DNA from: a virus
Taxonomy: Duplodnaviria > Caudoviricetes
DNA length: 57,470 nucleotides
IMG/VR virus record: IMGVR_UViG_3300026097_001066
Location: 1 to 57,470 of that record
Strand: one strand, 5' to 3'
In this document: piece after piece, positions 35,334 through 47,000 of the stretch
Numbering within the stretch: the first letter of the stretch is position 1
How the letters are laid out: each line of letters begins with the position of its first letter
Notes under the pieces: generated by a model
The model's database searches: none
What the model saw: only the letters and a program-made list of their open reading frames with translations
Told to the model about the DNA's origin: nothing
Translations under genes and position numbers: made by a program

Positions 35334-37363
35334 TATACATTCCTACCAGTGTAAATTATATAATTTACGGTCATTGTTGGGTTCATTGTATTTAAAGGAG
35401 TTCCAAGAGTTTCGCCTATACCGGTTATAACGCCTCCGCTGTCTGACAAGGCTTGGCCGTTGCCTGTTGCAGTAGGAGCATCGTAAATAATTGCTTCATC
35501 GTCATTGGGTGTACCACTGACATCTCGAATTGCATAGTACTGATCTCCGCTGTCGCCTCTAAGGTTGTGTTTGTGTTCTGGTAGATTTTCCACTAAAATA
35601 TTTTCAGTTTCGGATCCGTCTGTAGCACCAATAACATCTGCCGAAGGTGCTGTAACAACATTTGCACTTGTTCCTCCCATGTTATCTGCACCCAGCGGTG
35701 TTCTTCCTCTAAGATCAGGAACTTTAAAAACTCCGGTTGGTAGTGAAGAACGGCCGCCAAAATTGTAACCTATAATGTCAAACAATGCCTGATAGTCCGC
35801 TATTCTATATTGACCTCCGTCGCATAACAGCCATCCTGTAGGTGCAGCATTACCTCCATATGGTAAAATTACACCTGGCGGATTAGTTGGCACAGCATCC
35901 AGGAGATTTCTTCTGCTAATTTTAAATAGTCCTGTATTTCCTGAAACTCTGTTAATCAAGAGTTCGTCATCGACCTGAGAACTTAGTACTTCATCTTTGG
36001 CTGCAACTATTTGGTTACTAATTGTAGTTGTAAAAGTTTTTGTACTTCCGCCAGTTTGGCCGTCAAAAATAAAGTCGTCAGCAATTACATCTCCTGACAT
36101 TCTGAAAGTTGTAGCACTAGTAATTTTATCGGCAGATCCTGCTCTGCCTGTGATCGTACCGCTTACATTTCCTTCTAAATTTCCTTTAAAAGTAGTTGCG
36201 TTTACTTCTCGCCACTTAAAGGATGCAGTTCCCAAGCTTCTAGTATTATTTGTGTCTGGTACAATGTTTTGGGTTGTTGTTAAATTAGTAAATTTTACAT
36301 CGCCTGCAACATTTAAGTTTTTAGCAATGCCAACTCCTCCCTTGACTATCAAGCTACCGGTTCCGAATGTGTTACTTTCTGTGGTGTCGTTTAATAATAT
36401 CTTTCCGCTTGTTTGTACATTACCTGTAACATCTAGTGCTTCGTCTGGTGCTTCATTGTTAATACCTACTCGTAGACTCGAGTCGACTCGCATCACCGTC
36501 TGTGTGGTGCCCGAATTTCTTACTCGAATATCAATATTAGATCCTTCAATTTGATGTTGAATAATTCCAGCAGTTCCTTCGACGCCTATGTTAAGTTCGG
36601 CATTGACGCCGTAATTAATTCCCTGGTTGTTTTGAATATTAATAGGAAACAGTGTTGTTCCTGTTACATCTTTTCTTACAAATTGACCAGCATCTACTGT
36701 TTCCCCTGCTACTATTAAGCTTTCCGCTTTTTGTGCAGTTCCATAATATTTTGGACCGCCGTCGCCTGCTATGTCTCTCGTAGATAAATTTATTCCTGGA
36801 TTAATTGTTGTAAATCCAGGAATAGTGGTTTTTGGTGTAAATGTTTGATTTGAAATAATTGCAACTGGCTGAGCAGATACTTCAACAAGTATTGCTGTGT
36901 ATTCGCTGTTGTCTGTTCCGGTGATTGTGGTTGGCGATGCGCCTGTGGCTAGACCTGCACTAAATTGTGGGCCTACTAGAATCCAGCCCGAACCTGTAAA
37001 AAGATATAATTGCTGGTTATCTGTATCAGCCCATAAATCGCCAATTTGACTGTTTACTGCATCAGGTTCAGTTGTTGCTCTTATAATTCCACCGGCAGGA
37101 ACCCAATTAGTACCGTCATAGACTTTCAATTGTTCTGCACCTAAGGAAGTGTCATACCAAAGCTGTCCTTCTACTGGACGATCAGGTTCTGTGTTGTTTG
37201 CGAAACTTTCTAAAAGATGTAAAAAATTCTCTCCGATGGCTGTGCCGTAGGCTGTGGTATTTCTGCCAGGTATATCTAAACTAGTTTCTTGATTTAATAC
37301 ACCATCTTCAATGGTAATTGTGCCTTTATTAGCCTGGTCGGTATATGATATTTCGTATGCCAT
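35333..37363 (-). CDS. tail fibre protein with phage tail-collar domain
   Basis: Shared N-terminus; PPGVILPYGG...GWLLCDG...LFDIIG...VPDLRGR collar domain; LPEHKH (HxH tip motif); MNPTMTVNYII. Confidence 0.85.
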   Translation of the reverse strand: MAYEISYTDQANKGTITIEDGVLNQETSLDIPGRNTTAYGTAIGENFLHLLESFANNTEPDRPVEGQLWYDTSLGAEQLKVYDGTNWVPAGGIIRATTEPDAVNSQIGDLWADTDNQQLYLFTGSGWILVGPQFSAGLATGASPTTITGTDNSEYTAILVEVSAQPVAIISNQTFTPKTTIPGFTTINPGINLSTRDIAGDGGPKYYGTAQKAESLIVAGETVDAGQFVRKDVTGTTLFPINIQNNQGINYGVNAELNIGVEGTAGIIQHQIEGSNIDIRVRNSGTTQTVMRVDSSLRVGINNEAPDEALDVTGNVQTSGKILLNDTTESNTFGTGSLIVKGGVGIAKNLNVAGDVKFTNLTTTQNIVPDTNNTRSLGTASFKWREVNATTFKGNLEGNVSGTITGRAGSADKITSATTFRMSGDVIADDFIFDGQTGGSTKTFTTTISNQIVAAKDEVLSSQVDDELLINRVSGNTGLFKISRRNLLDAVPTNPPGVILPYGGNAAPTGWLLCDGGQYRIADYQALFDIIGYNFGGRSSLPTGVFKVPDLRGRTPLGADNMGGTSANVVTAPSADVIGATDGSETENILVENLPEHKHNLRGDSGDQYYAIRDVSGTPNDDEAIIYDAPTATGNGQALSDSGGVITGIGETLGTPLNTMNPTMTVNYIIYTGRNV

Positions 37364-37367
37364 TCAA

Positions 37368-37982
37368 TTACCCCTCATTGAACCCTGTTAGACTTTGAAC
37401 ACGAACTGTGTAATCAATTTGAATTAATCTGTTTAATGACTTTTGTACAGGATGAAAAACTACATGAGTCAACAGTCGACCTGATCCGGAAGAGCTATAA
37501 GATCTAAGGCCTAGTTCGTCAAAAACATATAAACTATCTATGTCAGTTGCATTATCAAATGCATCTTGTCCTGTTGGTTCACCGTAATCTAACAGACAAG
37601 TTACTAGTATGTCTGTATAATTTGTTCCGCTTACATGTCTTGTTTCTATTTTATTTCTTACAGGGTCTACATTGTTTACACTGCGATCATCTACTACTTT
37701 GGAAAAAGTTTGATTATACAGACTTGCATTTGTACCGGTAGAGTTAGGAGTTAAGTAAGTGATAATACCAGTTGGATCAACACTGGTTCCACCGTTGCCT
37801 AAAGACATTTCATAAATCCAGCCTTGTCCGCCATTGCCTAGACTTTCTGCAAGGCTAATACTCATATTTTCATAGTGAATTGCGTTTCTTTTATCTATCA
37901 AGACTTCTCCAGAATTTGGATCCGATATTTTTATATGTCCCTGAAGTAGAACGCCGTTCATGTCTTTAAATTTGTCTGTCAT
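37368..37982 (-). CDS. baseplate/tail-associated structural protein
   Basis: Between the wedge and fibre genes; MSLGNGG, FDELGL, THVVFHPVQKS. Confidence 0.65.
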   Translation of the reverse strand: MTDKFKDMNGVLLQGHIKISDPNSGEVLIDKRNAIHYENMSISLAESLGNGGQGWIYEMSLGNGGTSVDPTGIITYLTPNSTGTNASLYNQTFSKVVDDRSVNNVDPVRNKIETRHVSGTNYTDILVTCLLDYGEPTGQDAFDNATDIDSLYVFDELGLRSYSSSGSGRLLTHVVFHPVQKSLNRLIQIDYTVRVQSLTGFNEG

Positions 37983-38000
37983 TTTGTTTTCCTGCTTGTG

Positions 38001-38007
38001 TATTTAT
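38001..38007 (-). promoter_or_regulatory. putative late promoter (ATAAATA)
   Basis: Overlaps the stop of the giant ORF; upstream of ATG 37982. Confidence 0.45.
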
Positions 38008-41000
38008 CGCGGTAAATCAACTGTTTTTGCTCTTAAAAATCTTCCAATATCTGTGTCAGCATTGCTTAAAGGTGTACCAGGATCTGTCCATAGTTTTCCT
38101 ATTTTACGAACTATAATAACTTTCTGATTAACACCTGGCGGCTCTAAAAGTGTCAGCGTATTATTTTCTACAGCGAATTCTGCTGGTAATATTACATCAC
38201 CTTCTGGAGAATCTTGTGCAATTGAAGAAATAACTTCTCCATTACTGGTATACTCAAATTGATATGCACTGATTGCATTTTTTCGTAGTCTACGACCGGC
38301 AACAAATACTTCAAATTCGTGTACTCCAGAAGGTGTAAAATCTAATTCAAATGTATTTGTTGTTTCATCGCCATCAAAAATAGTAGTTGCAGTCTCGTCT
38401 TTATACGGCATTACAGTATCTCTACTTTGATTTTGCACAGCAGTGCCTGTTAAATGTACCAAAGGTACTCCAGTACCTAATGTTCCGCGTCTTAGTTGTT
38501 TTAATTCATTGCCGTCTTTAACAAAATACTCTATTCTTTCTCCGTTAATAAACACTACACCTGGCAGTCTATTTGTAGGAGTTGGCAAGTTATCAGCATC
38601 ATTTAGTACTATAGTTCTGTCATACCAGTTTAATTCTCTGATTAGAATATTCGAAGACGAATTATCAATCCTATGATATGCAGTTCTATTTAACATATCT
38701 TTAAATTGGCGCCAGCCGAATTTGTTTTTTAATCTAACATTTGCAAAGTGTATTGTTTCTATTACATCATTTTCTTCTAAGCCGTTGACCAATTTAACAT
38801 AGCGACGATTTTCCGTGACATTATAATCAACACTTGGATTTAGTAAGTTTCCATTTTTTACCACCCACACATATTGTGTGTCCAGTGCCTTACTGCGCAA
38901 AGGAATTAACCCTGTACGAAGCTGACGAAGCTCGTAGTAATCATTTGACTGCAATGTCAATGGTGTGCGTTCTATTACATCGTAATTCTGTCTGTCAATA
39001 CCCTGAGATTTATCATTGCTGAATTGATAGACTGTTATAGTATCTCCAATGTTATAAGGATCGTCTAGGTATAATGTACCCGGTGTTGATACAAAAGCAT
39101 CGTAATCATCAGATGTTGAATCTTCAAAATAACCGAATCTATATTCGCCGTTACTAATTACAAAAACTCTTAATTTATCGCCGGTTGTTCCTATATCGTC
39201 TTTTAGAATTATTGTGCTGCCTGCTTGAGTATCCAATGATTGTTGTGGGTCAAAGGCTCCTGCTCCTTCAAAACTCCAATCTTGTAAAAATGTCAATTTT
39301 TCATCATTTAAATAAACTTCTACTTCACCTGCATTGATTGTTCCTGTTGGTATTTGATAAAGTTTTAATTGATATTCTCTTATAGATGATATTTCAAATA
39401 TTTCATTGTATCCTGCATTTAAAATTTGATCATTGACTTTTACAATAGTGTAAAAATTTCCAGGAGTACTTTCAAACAATGACCGACTTAGTTCAAATGC
39501 TGTAGTGCTACCGTCTGCTTCAAATTCATCAATTACCACTGTGCTATAATTTTGTGTTTCTCCTTCGAACAATGCAAAATTAACTTTTGCATCTTCTGCA
39601 GGTGGTTGTGCAAATCTAATAACAACATTTTCAGGAACTTCAAAAGAATCATCTGATTCTACAAGTATGCTTGGAAGTATTTCTCCATTAACTGTTGCAA
39701 TATAATTTAGATTTTCTCTCCAACGAACATTTGTCAAGAAATCATTGGTGGATCCGTCGCCTGTAAAGCTATCTATGTCTAACACACGATTGCCTGATAT
39801 TCCTATAATTAGAATATTAATTCTTGAATTGTCAGACGGGGGCGTGTCAAAAGTAACTGTTTGAGCCTCATAGTCAACGGTATAATTCGACGGTGGTTGA
39901 ATCGAATAATCTATTTTTACAAACAGTGATTCTTCAGTCAAAGGTTCTGTGCCTAAATTGTATGTTTTAGTACTTCCGTCGCCTATGTAATTTCTTAAGG
40001 TAATTAATCCGCCGCCTTGTATTGGTTGCTCGTATACTTGTATGTCAACTGTGTCTAGTACTTGACCTGGTATGACTTCCTCAGGTCCTTTGCTAGTCAT
40101 TGGCGTTACAAATCCGTCTCCGTCTATGTTTATGTGTTCTGCATTAAGTCCTGTAGCAGTAGAATAAGCTAGATTTCCACCTTGGATTATTGTATCGTAG
40201 CTGTCCGGACTTGGTAAGAAACTTCCGTCGCTGTCTATCTTTCTTACTACAAATACATCTCCCGAATTTGCAGGGATATCATAATCTCCTAGATTTATAG
40301 TCTGAATTTGTCCGTCACCAATAAAGCTAGGTAATAGGGCATTTGGATTAGTTTCGTTGCCGGTTCCAAACAAAGGATCATCAATTCTTACATTATTTTT
40401 ATAAATGTTATATGTTACGCCATTTGCCAAAGGTTGTGCAAGATCTAATGCCAGTGTGGATCCGTCTAATTCAAAAATTTCATCATCAAATGTAGTATCG
40501 TAGGTATCCCATATGCCATTATACCAATCATCAGTATCCCATCCAGATATTCCGCTGAATTCAAAACTCTTAACTTCAACGCCTCCGTAGTCAATTCCGT
40601 CCATTAATTGACCTAAATCTTTTCCATATTGTCCTGTGCTAGGATCGTAAAAAAGATTTATTCTGTCTTGAGCAGATAATAAATTGATCGATTTTCTATA
40701 ATTTACAACGATATTTGCGTTTGCCGTTGGCGGAGTAGTAAATTCTATGGTTCCGAAATATCTATCATATCCTTTACTTGTGTCTTTGACATTGTAATAT
40801 GTATATTCACTGCTTAGAGCTAGATTTCCATTGACGGTTACTTCGATGGTTGTATTTCTTAGATCCATTGGCCAAACAAGTTGATATATGTATTTGGAGC
40901 CTGAACCAACAAATGTTTCAGTTTCTGCAAGTTTAGTAACTTGAAAGGTTCCGCTGATTCTGTCAAACTTGATTGCCGTATGCATACTTCTTACTAGACC

Positions 41001-44000
41001 GTTGCCTATTATCACTGACAGTTGTGCAGGAATGCCGCTTTCGGTCTGTGTGCCTTCAATGGTTGCAGTAGGTGCACTGATATATCCGCTGCCGGTATTT
41101 GTAACAACTACACTTGTGATAGACCCGTTGTTACCTAAAATTGCCTGAGCTTCGGCACCTGAGCCGCCACCGCCTTCTAGGGCAATCACAGGTGGAAATG
41201 TGTAACCTGAACCACCGTCTGCTATTTCAATGCTTGTTACTTCGTAGGCAACATTGTCTAACCAATGTCTATTAGGGTATGTTTCTAGATCAGCATTTGT
41301 GCCTATAATATTATTATCTACTACTCTAACTGTTTGCGGAAGAATTTGTTTGAAAGTTTCATTATAAGCAGGTGCCAGATCAAAATCTGTAACCATTGAC
41401 TGAGTATTGTCTAATTTTTCATAGCTGCTCAAATATTCTCTTAGTTTTGTTTTGTATGGTTTTACTTCATTTAAGTATTCCTCATAGCTAGGTAAATTGT
41501 CATTATTAAATGTAATATCTTCTCTTAATTCACCAACATTGTGTTTTGCTTTTACAAAACTTGTTTTAAATGCCCAATCTACATATCCTTGTTCTGCAAA
41601 TACATATCTTAAACTTGCAAAGAATAGTGCATTGTATTCAATTGCTAGTTCGTCGATTAATAGATTATTCTTCAAGGCATTTAAAATAATTCGTGTTTCG
41701 ATAGTAGGCTGACTGTCAAAGAATTTGGTGTCATAACTAATACTGTCAAACCCTACTAAACTTAAACTATTGTCAAACAAAGTATCTTTAAATTGCACTG
41801 TGCCGTTTTGTCTGCCTATTGTTCTGTAATTGACTGTGTAATCGGGTGTATCTTGTTCATCAATTTTTTCTAATAACAGCCAACCGCCGGTGCCGATATT
41901 AGAAATTTTAACTATATCACCTATGTCGTCGTCTAAGCTCTGAAGTTCGTAACTTTCGTCGATCAAATAATCAATATTTGTAAACTCACTGACTCCATTA
42001 GCATACCAATCTACATAGTCCCAAAAAAGAGTTACATCGTAGGCTTGACTTTCTGTCCTCAGCCATTCTCGAGTATCGCTGTTTCGTTCATATAGTGCCC
42101 ACTTGCCTTGAATAGTTTCATCATTGATTACTAATGCAGTGAATCGTCTCACTGAAAGAACAGTGTTGCTATTATAATTAAACCCTTGGTTAATAATTGT
42201 AACACCACTGATTTTACCCAGAGAATCTATACTAGTTTGTATTACTGCATCCGATCCTTGACCAGATATTGTCACTGTTGGCGGAGTTAAATATCCTCTA
42301 CCTGCATTGTCAATAATAACACGAGTAATTTTGCCGTCTTCGATTACAGGTGTTAACACAGCCCGATCAGCTCTTGCTACACCTACAAAATCGAGATCTG
42401 CTACAGTATCCACAGTGGTATCGTATAGATTGGTAAGCGTTGACGGAGGCGGATCACTTTCCAATAACGGTGTTATATCTTTATCATCGATGATTAGATT
42501 TTCTTTTAGTACACCATTGACTCTTTCAATTACTTGTTTTAAAGCTTCAAATCTATTAACAAACCAGCTCTGTCTTGGTCTATTCAATATACCATATTTT
42601 TGTTTTGTGGATATATTAGGATCCGGAACTATTCTAAATTGTTCGTCATATCCAATCAAACTATCAAACCATTTTCTTTCAATGTCTGTGCTAGGAAAAC
42701 TTGATTCTAACCCTTCTGTGAGAATTTGATATTGATTATGAATATTATTTTCTTGATTTTCGATGGTCCAATACTGTATACTAAGTGCTACATCTTTGTT
42801 TTTAATTAAATTATCACAGTTATGTAAAACAAAACTGTTATCACTTATAAAGTTTATAAACCTATATCCTTGAGATGCAGGATCTGTTATTAATTTTGCA
42901 ACATTGTTAACAGAGATATTTCTCCACTCAACATCGGGTACGGTGGTTTTATCTTTTACCCAGAAGTAATATTTGTTTGTAAAACTTTGAGCAATACTGT
43001 CGTATACCTGTTTTTGAACATACACTGCATTACCGTATCGACTTTTTCCGCTTACTCCTTGAGTAATGCCTTCTTCGGTATCGGCTATTTCGTCCCATTG
43101 ACTAGGTAGCACATCGCTTTCAACCCACTCGTAGATATCTATGGTATTTGAATCAAACAAGGTATTCCAATTGTTGGCACTGAATATAATATTTCCTTGG
43201 TACGGATTCAAAAATTTAGCATTTGTTAGATCCCACCAAACACGGCCTACACTTTCTTCTCCCCAACTGTTAGTATTGTCCACATTAACACTGGATGTTC
43301 CCTGTGTATATGTGGCAGGATCGAGATAGGTTTTAAAACTAATTTCTTGTTCTGCAGGTCCTGCTACTTTTCCTTGTATGGGGTCAATGTAATCAAGATA
43401 CTGTAGGAGTTCATTTTCTTTGGTGTTGTATAGTATTACTCTTTTAATTTTTTCTAAATTAACAGTAAATTTAGGCTCTCTTAATGTCTCCCAAAGACTT
43501 ACATCCTCATTGCGTCTATAATCAACCAGTGAACCTTGTTTACCTGCCTGGCTAATGAATCTCGGTAACCCAACATAGACGTGATTATTTTTAATTAAAA
43601 TATTTCTACCAAAATAATCAACAGCACTGTCTGTGTATGACAAAGTTTGTGCATAAACCAGTGTGTTATTAATTCTTTCGTACACATAAATTACGCCACT
43701 GTCGTTGTCATAATTTTTGTATGTTGTAAATCCGTTATCGAATATTGTTGTATTTGTGTCAAAAGTCGTAGTTTCTGAACTATCAGCATTTTTTCCTGTA
43801 ACTATTAATGTATTATTATCAAAGTTTAGATATTGGCCAAAAATTTCAGCACTTTCATTGTTAGGACTATTAAGGATCTGTGTTTGTACAAAAGTTCCAT
43901 TAATTTGCTCGTAAATGTGAACTTGACCTTGATCTAGTTTTTTAGAGTCTTCAAATGGAAGTCCTATTGCAATAATTGTGCCATCCGAACTAATACTAAT

Positions 44001-47000
44001 CACATCACCAAATCCTACAAGGTTATCAGGAGCTTCTATGGTCTGCGATTTTAAATAATTGCCGTTATACGATCTGTAAATTAACACTTGATTAGGTGCT
44101 GAAGTTCTGTTATTATTAGAGACTACCAGTACTTCGCCATTTTCTGATACATCAAAATCTATTGCAAAAGCTAGAAGATCTTCTGTGGCAGATAACACCG
44201 TGCTAGAATCTTCTCCTAAAATTAGATCAGTGTCATTGGGTATGTATCCTACATATTCAGTGCGTTCTTCATCTGGTATCAATTGCCAGTCATTGTTATT
44301 AAAAGATCCTGGAGTAATATTTGTAGTTGCTGAATAAAGTTCTCCATTATGAAACACTACATCGTTTTCAATATAAGACACTGAGGTATTGAACTGGCCA
44401 GCAAAGTTTTTATCTCTTGCAAAGTCCCAGGTCCAGGTATTACCAAAGTTATCAACACCTTGATTAACAAAATATATTCTACCCCAAGATGTAAAGTCTT
44501 CATCATTGCCAGTTATATCTCGATCACCTGTGGCTTGTACAAAAAGTCTATATAAACTATTAAATTTAGTTAATTTAATCTTTGAGCCTAACTTAAAATT
44601 ATTCTGTTTTTCTGCAACCGAATAATCGTTGACTAAACTGAATCTGCCACTGCCTTCTGCTATATAGACCGAATAAAGCCCTTCGTTACTCAGACCGCTG
44701 GCAGTTCCTAAAACTGTTGCTGGGATATTAAATGCTCTTTGCCAGTCGTTGTTGTCTTGTCCTGGAATGCTGGCTGTTCTTGGTATACCAAGCACATCTT
44801 CTTCTCTGTATAACCAGTATTCGTTGTCAACAATGATGTCTTGGTCAGGTACAGAAATATTAGCTCCATTGCTTAATATTATTAATTTTCCAATTCCGGC
44901 ATTGTCAAATCCAAGACCAATAAACTGTGTTTGTCCCATAACCTGATCATTACGATATGCAGGATCAGGATCCCCAGGCGTTCCTAGATATTTGATTTCT
45001 GCATTGTCTCCGTATTGATTGCCTAGACTCCAGTCTCCTGTTACATCTTTTACAAATATAGTTGCATTCAGTGAATTTCTTTGATAATAGGCTACTGTAG
45101 CCTGAGCACCAGTTGTTACATCTTCAACCGTATCACCTATTCTAGGTTCGTACGGTTCTCCTGTAGCTGTGTTAAGAACTGTGAAGTCCAAATTGATATA
45201 TCCGTCCCATAGATCATAAACAGTGTGTCTACGATTAAATGTGGAATAACTTAGATTAATATCCTGTAAAACTGTACCAAATATATTTGTTGAAACTACA
45301 TTTACAAGAGTCTGGCTTCTTTGTATTTGTAGGAGATCAGTAGGTTCGAATTCAATTCCAAGGTCATCAAAATAAATTCTTGTTTGTTGTCCATCACCAA
45401 TTATTGTTGCAGTTTCTGCATTAGGATTTGTTTGCAGAGTAGTTCCAAAAAACGGATCATCCACTCTTACTCCGTTTACAATAACAAAGTACTCTACATT
45501 GTTTTCCAAAGGCTGTGATAGGTCTATATAATATCTTTGCAATAGAGGCATATAAAGATCAATCTGGTCATTGCCTTGATCCCCTGGAGTTATCACATTT
45601 AAAGTATCAGTTAACTCTTTTGGTGCTCTAACAACAAATAAATCTGATAAGAAAGGATCTGTGCTTCCGCCTTCACCGCCGCCCGGTGACTGGTACGATA
45701 GGACTTTTACATAACTATTCAAAGTGTTTTCACTGCTAATAGCAGTGGTATCAAAATCTAATATATTGTAGTAGAATCTATTTGTATCTGGTTGACCATT
45801 TGGAATAAAGTCAACATACACTAGCCCTCTGCCCTCGTCCTCAGTGGCGGAGACTACATCGTAATCAGGTGTATTAATCGCCCAAAAACCGCCATACTCA
45901 TTTGAGGTGTCTATGGTTTCTGCTGGAGCTACTCTTTCATACTCACCTACGAAATCACCTTCTGAAGTAAACAAACTATCTGCTTGTGGAAATTGACCAT
46001 TTACATCTTTAAGGTATATGGTCAGTCTTGCTCCTTCGAGGTAGGTATATTCTACTGTTCCAAACGCATTTTCTACTTCTACTCTAGATCCCACGCTTGG
46101 AACATTTGTCGAAGCATCAACAAACAAAATTGCATCAATCTTAAATCTAATTTCGTGACTGTCTGTTAAGAAAGTTTGATCGATACCTGATATTTCATTG
46201 TCAAACGGCTGTCTTTCTTGGATTACTGTTTGATCTTGATTGGCAAATGTTAACAGATTCCATTTTAATTTTATTTGATCACCAATTGCTGATCCTTCAT
46301 ACATATCTCTAGGAGCTCGTATGATTAAATGATCTGTTGTTTGATTTTCAAAAGGATAATTACCAGTTAATATAGTATTAACTTTTTGAGATTGAAATCT
46401 ATCAATGTCTAAGTTTTCAATGGATTGCGCTACTCCCGCAAAGCTTCCGAATACAATGTTAGATTCGGCTCCTTGTACATCTGTGACAGCTTGCCAAAGA
46501 ACTTCTTGATATTTTACTATATCACCTGTAAGGTAATCTGTTTGGGTTGCGTAGTTTCCTTTGAAATTAGTTTTAACATTGGATGCATCAGGGGAGCCTA
46601 CAACCAAATACTGACCGTCAGGTGACATTGCAATAGAATGACCGTACCTTTGGCTTGCATCGGCAACTCCGCTGGGCTCTAGTGTCTGCGTTAATTTCCA
46701 ATTAGAAGAATTGCTTCCTCTAAAATAAATGTACACCTTTCCGTCTTCGTGATTAGGAGCCCCGACTGCTAAAACTGTATTTGCACTGTTAGTTGCTAGT
46801 GCATAAGCATATTCTTGATCAGTGCTATCGCCTTCGTGATTTGCTACAGTTTCAAGTAGATCAAATCCTTGATTATTTTTTAATACCGTCCATTGTCTAG
46901 TGTCGTCGTCATCTACCCAAATAATATCATTGGCGTTAACGCCTTGTTGTGCAAATTGATTTGCATTTAAAAGATTACTGCTTCTTGCACTTGTAAATCT

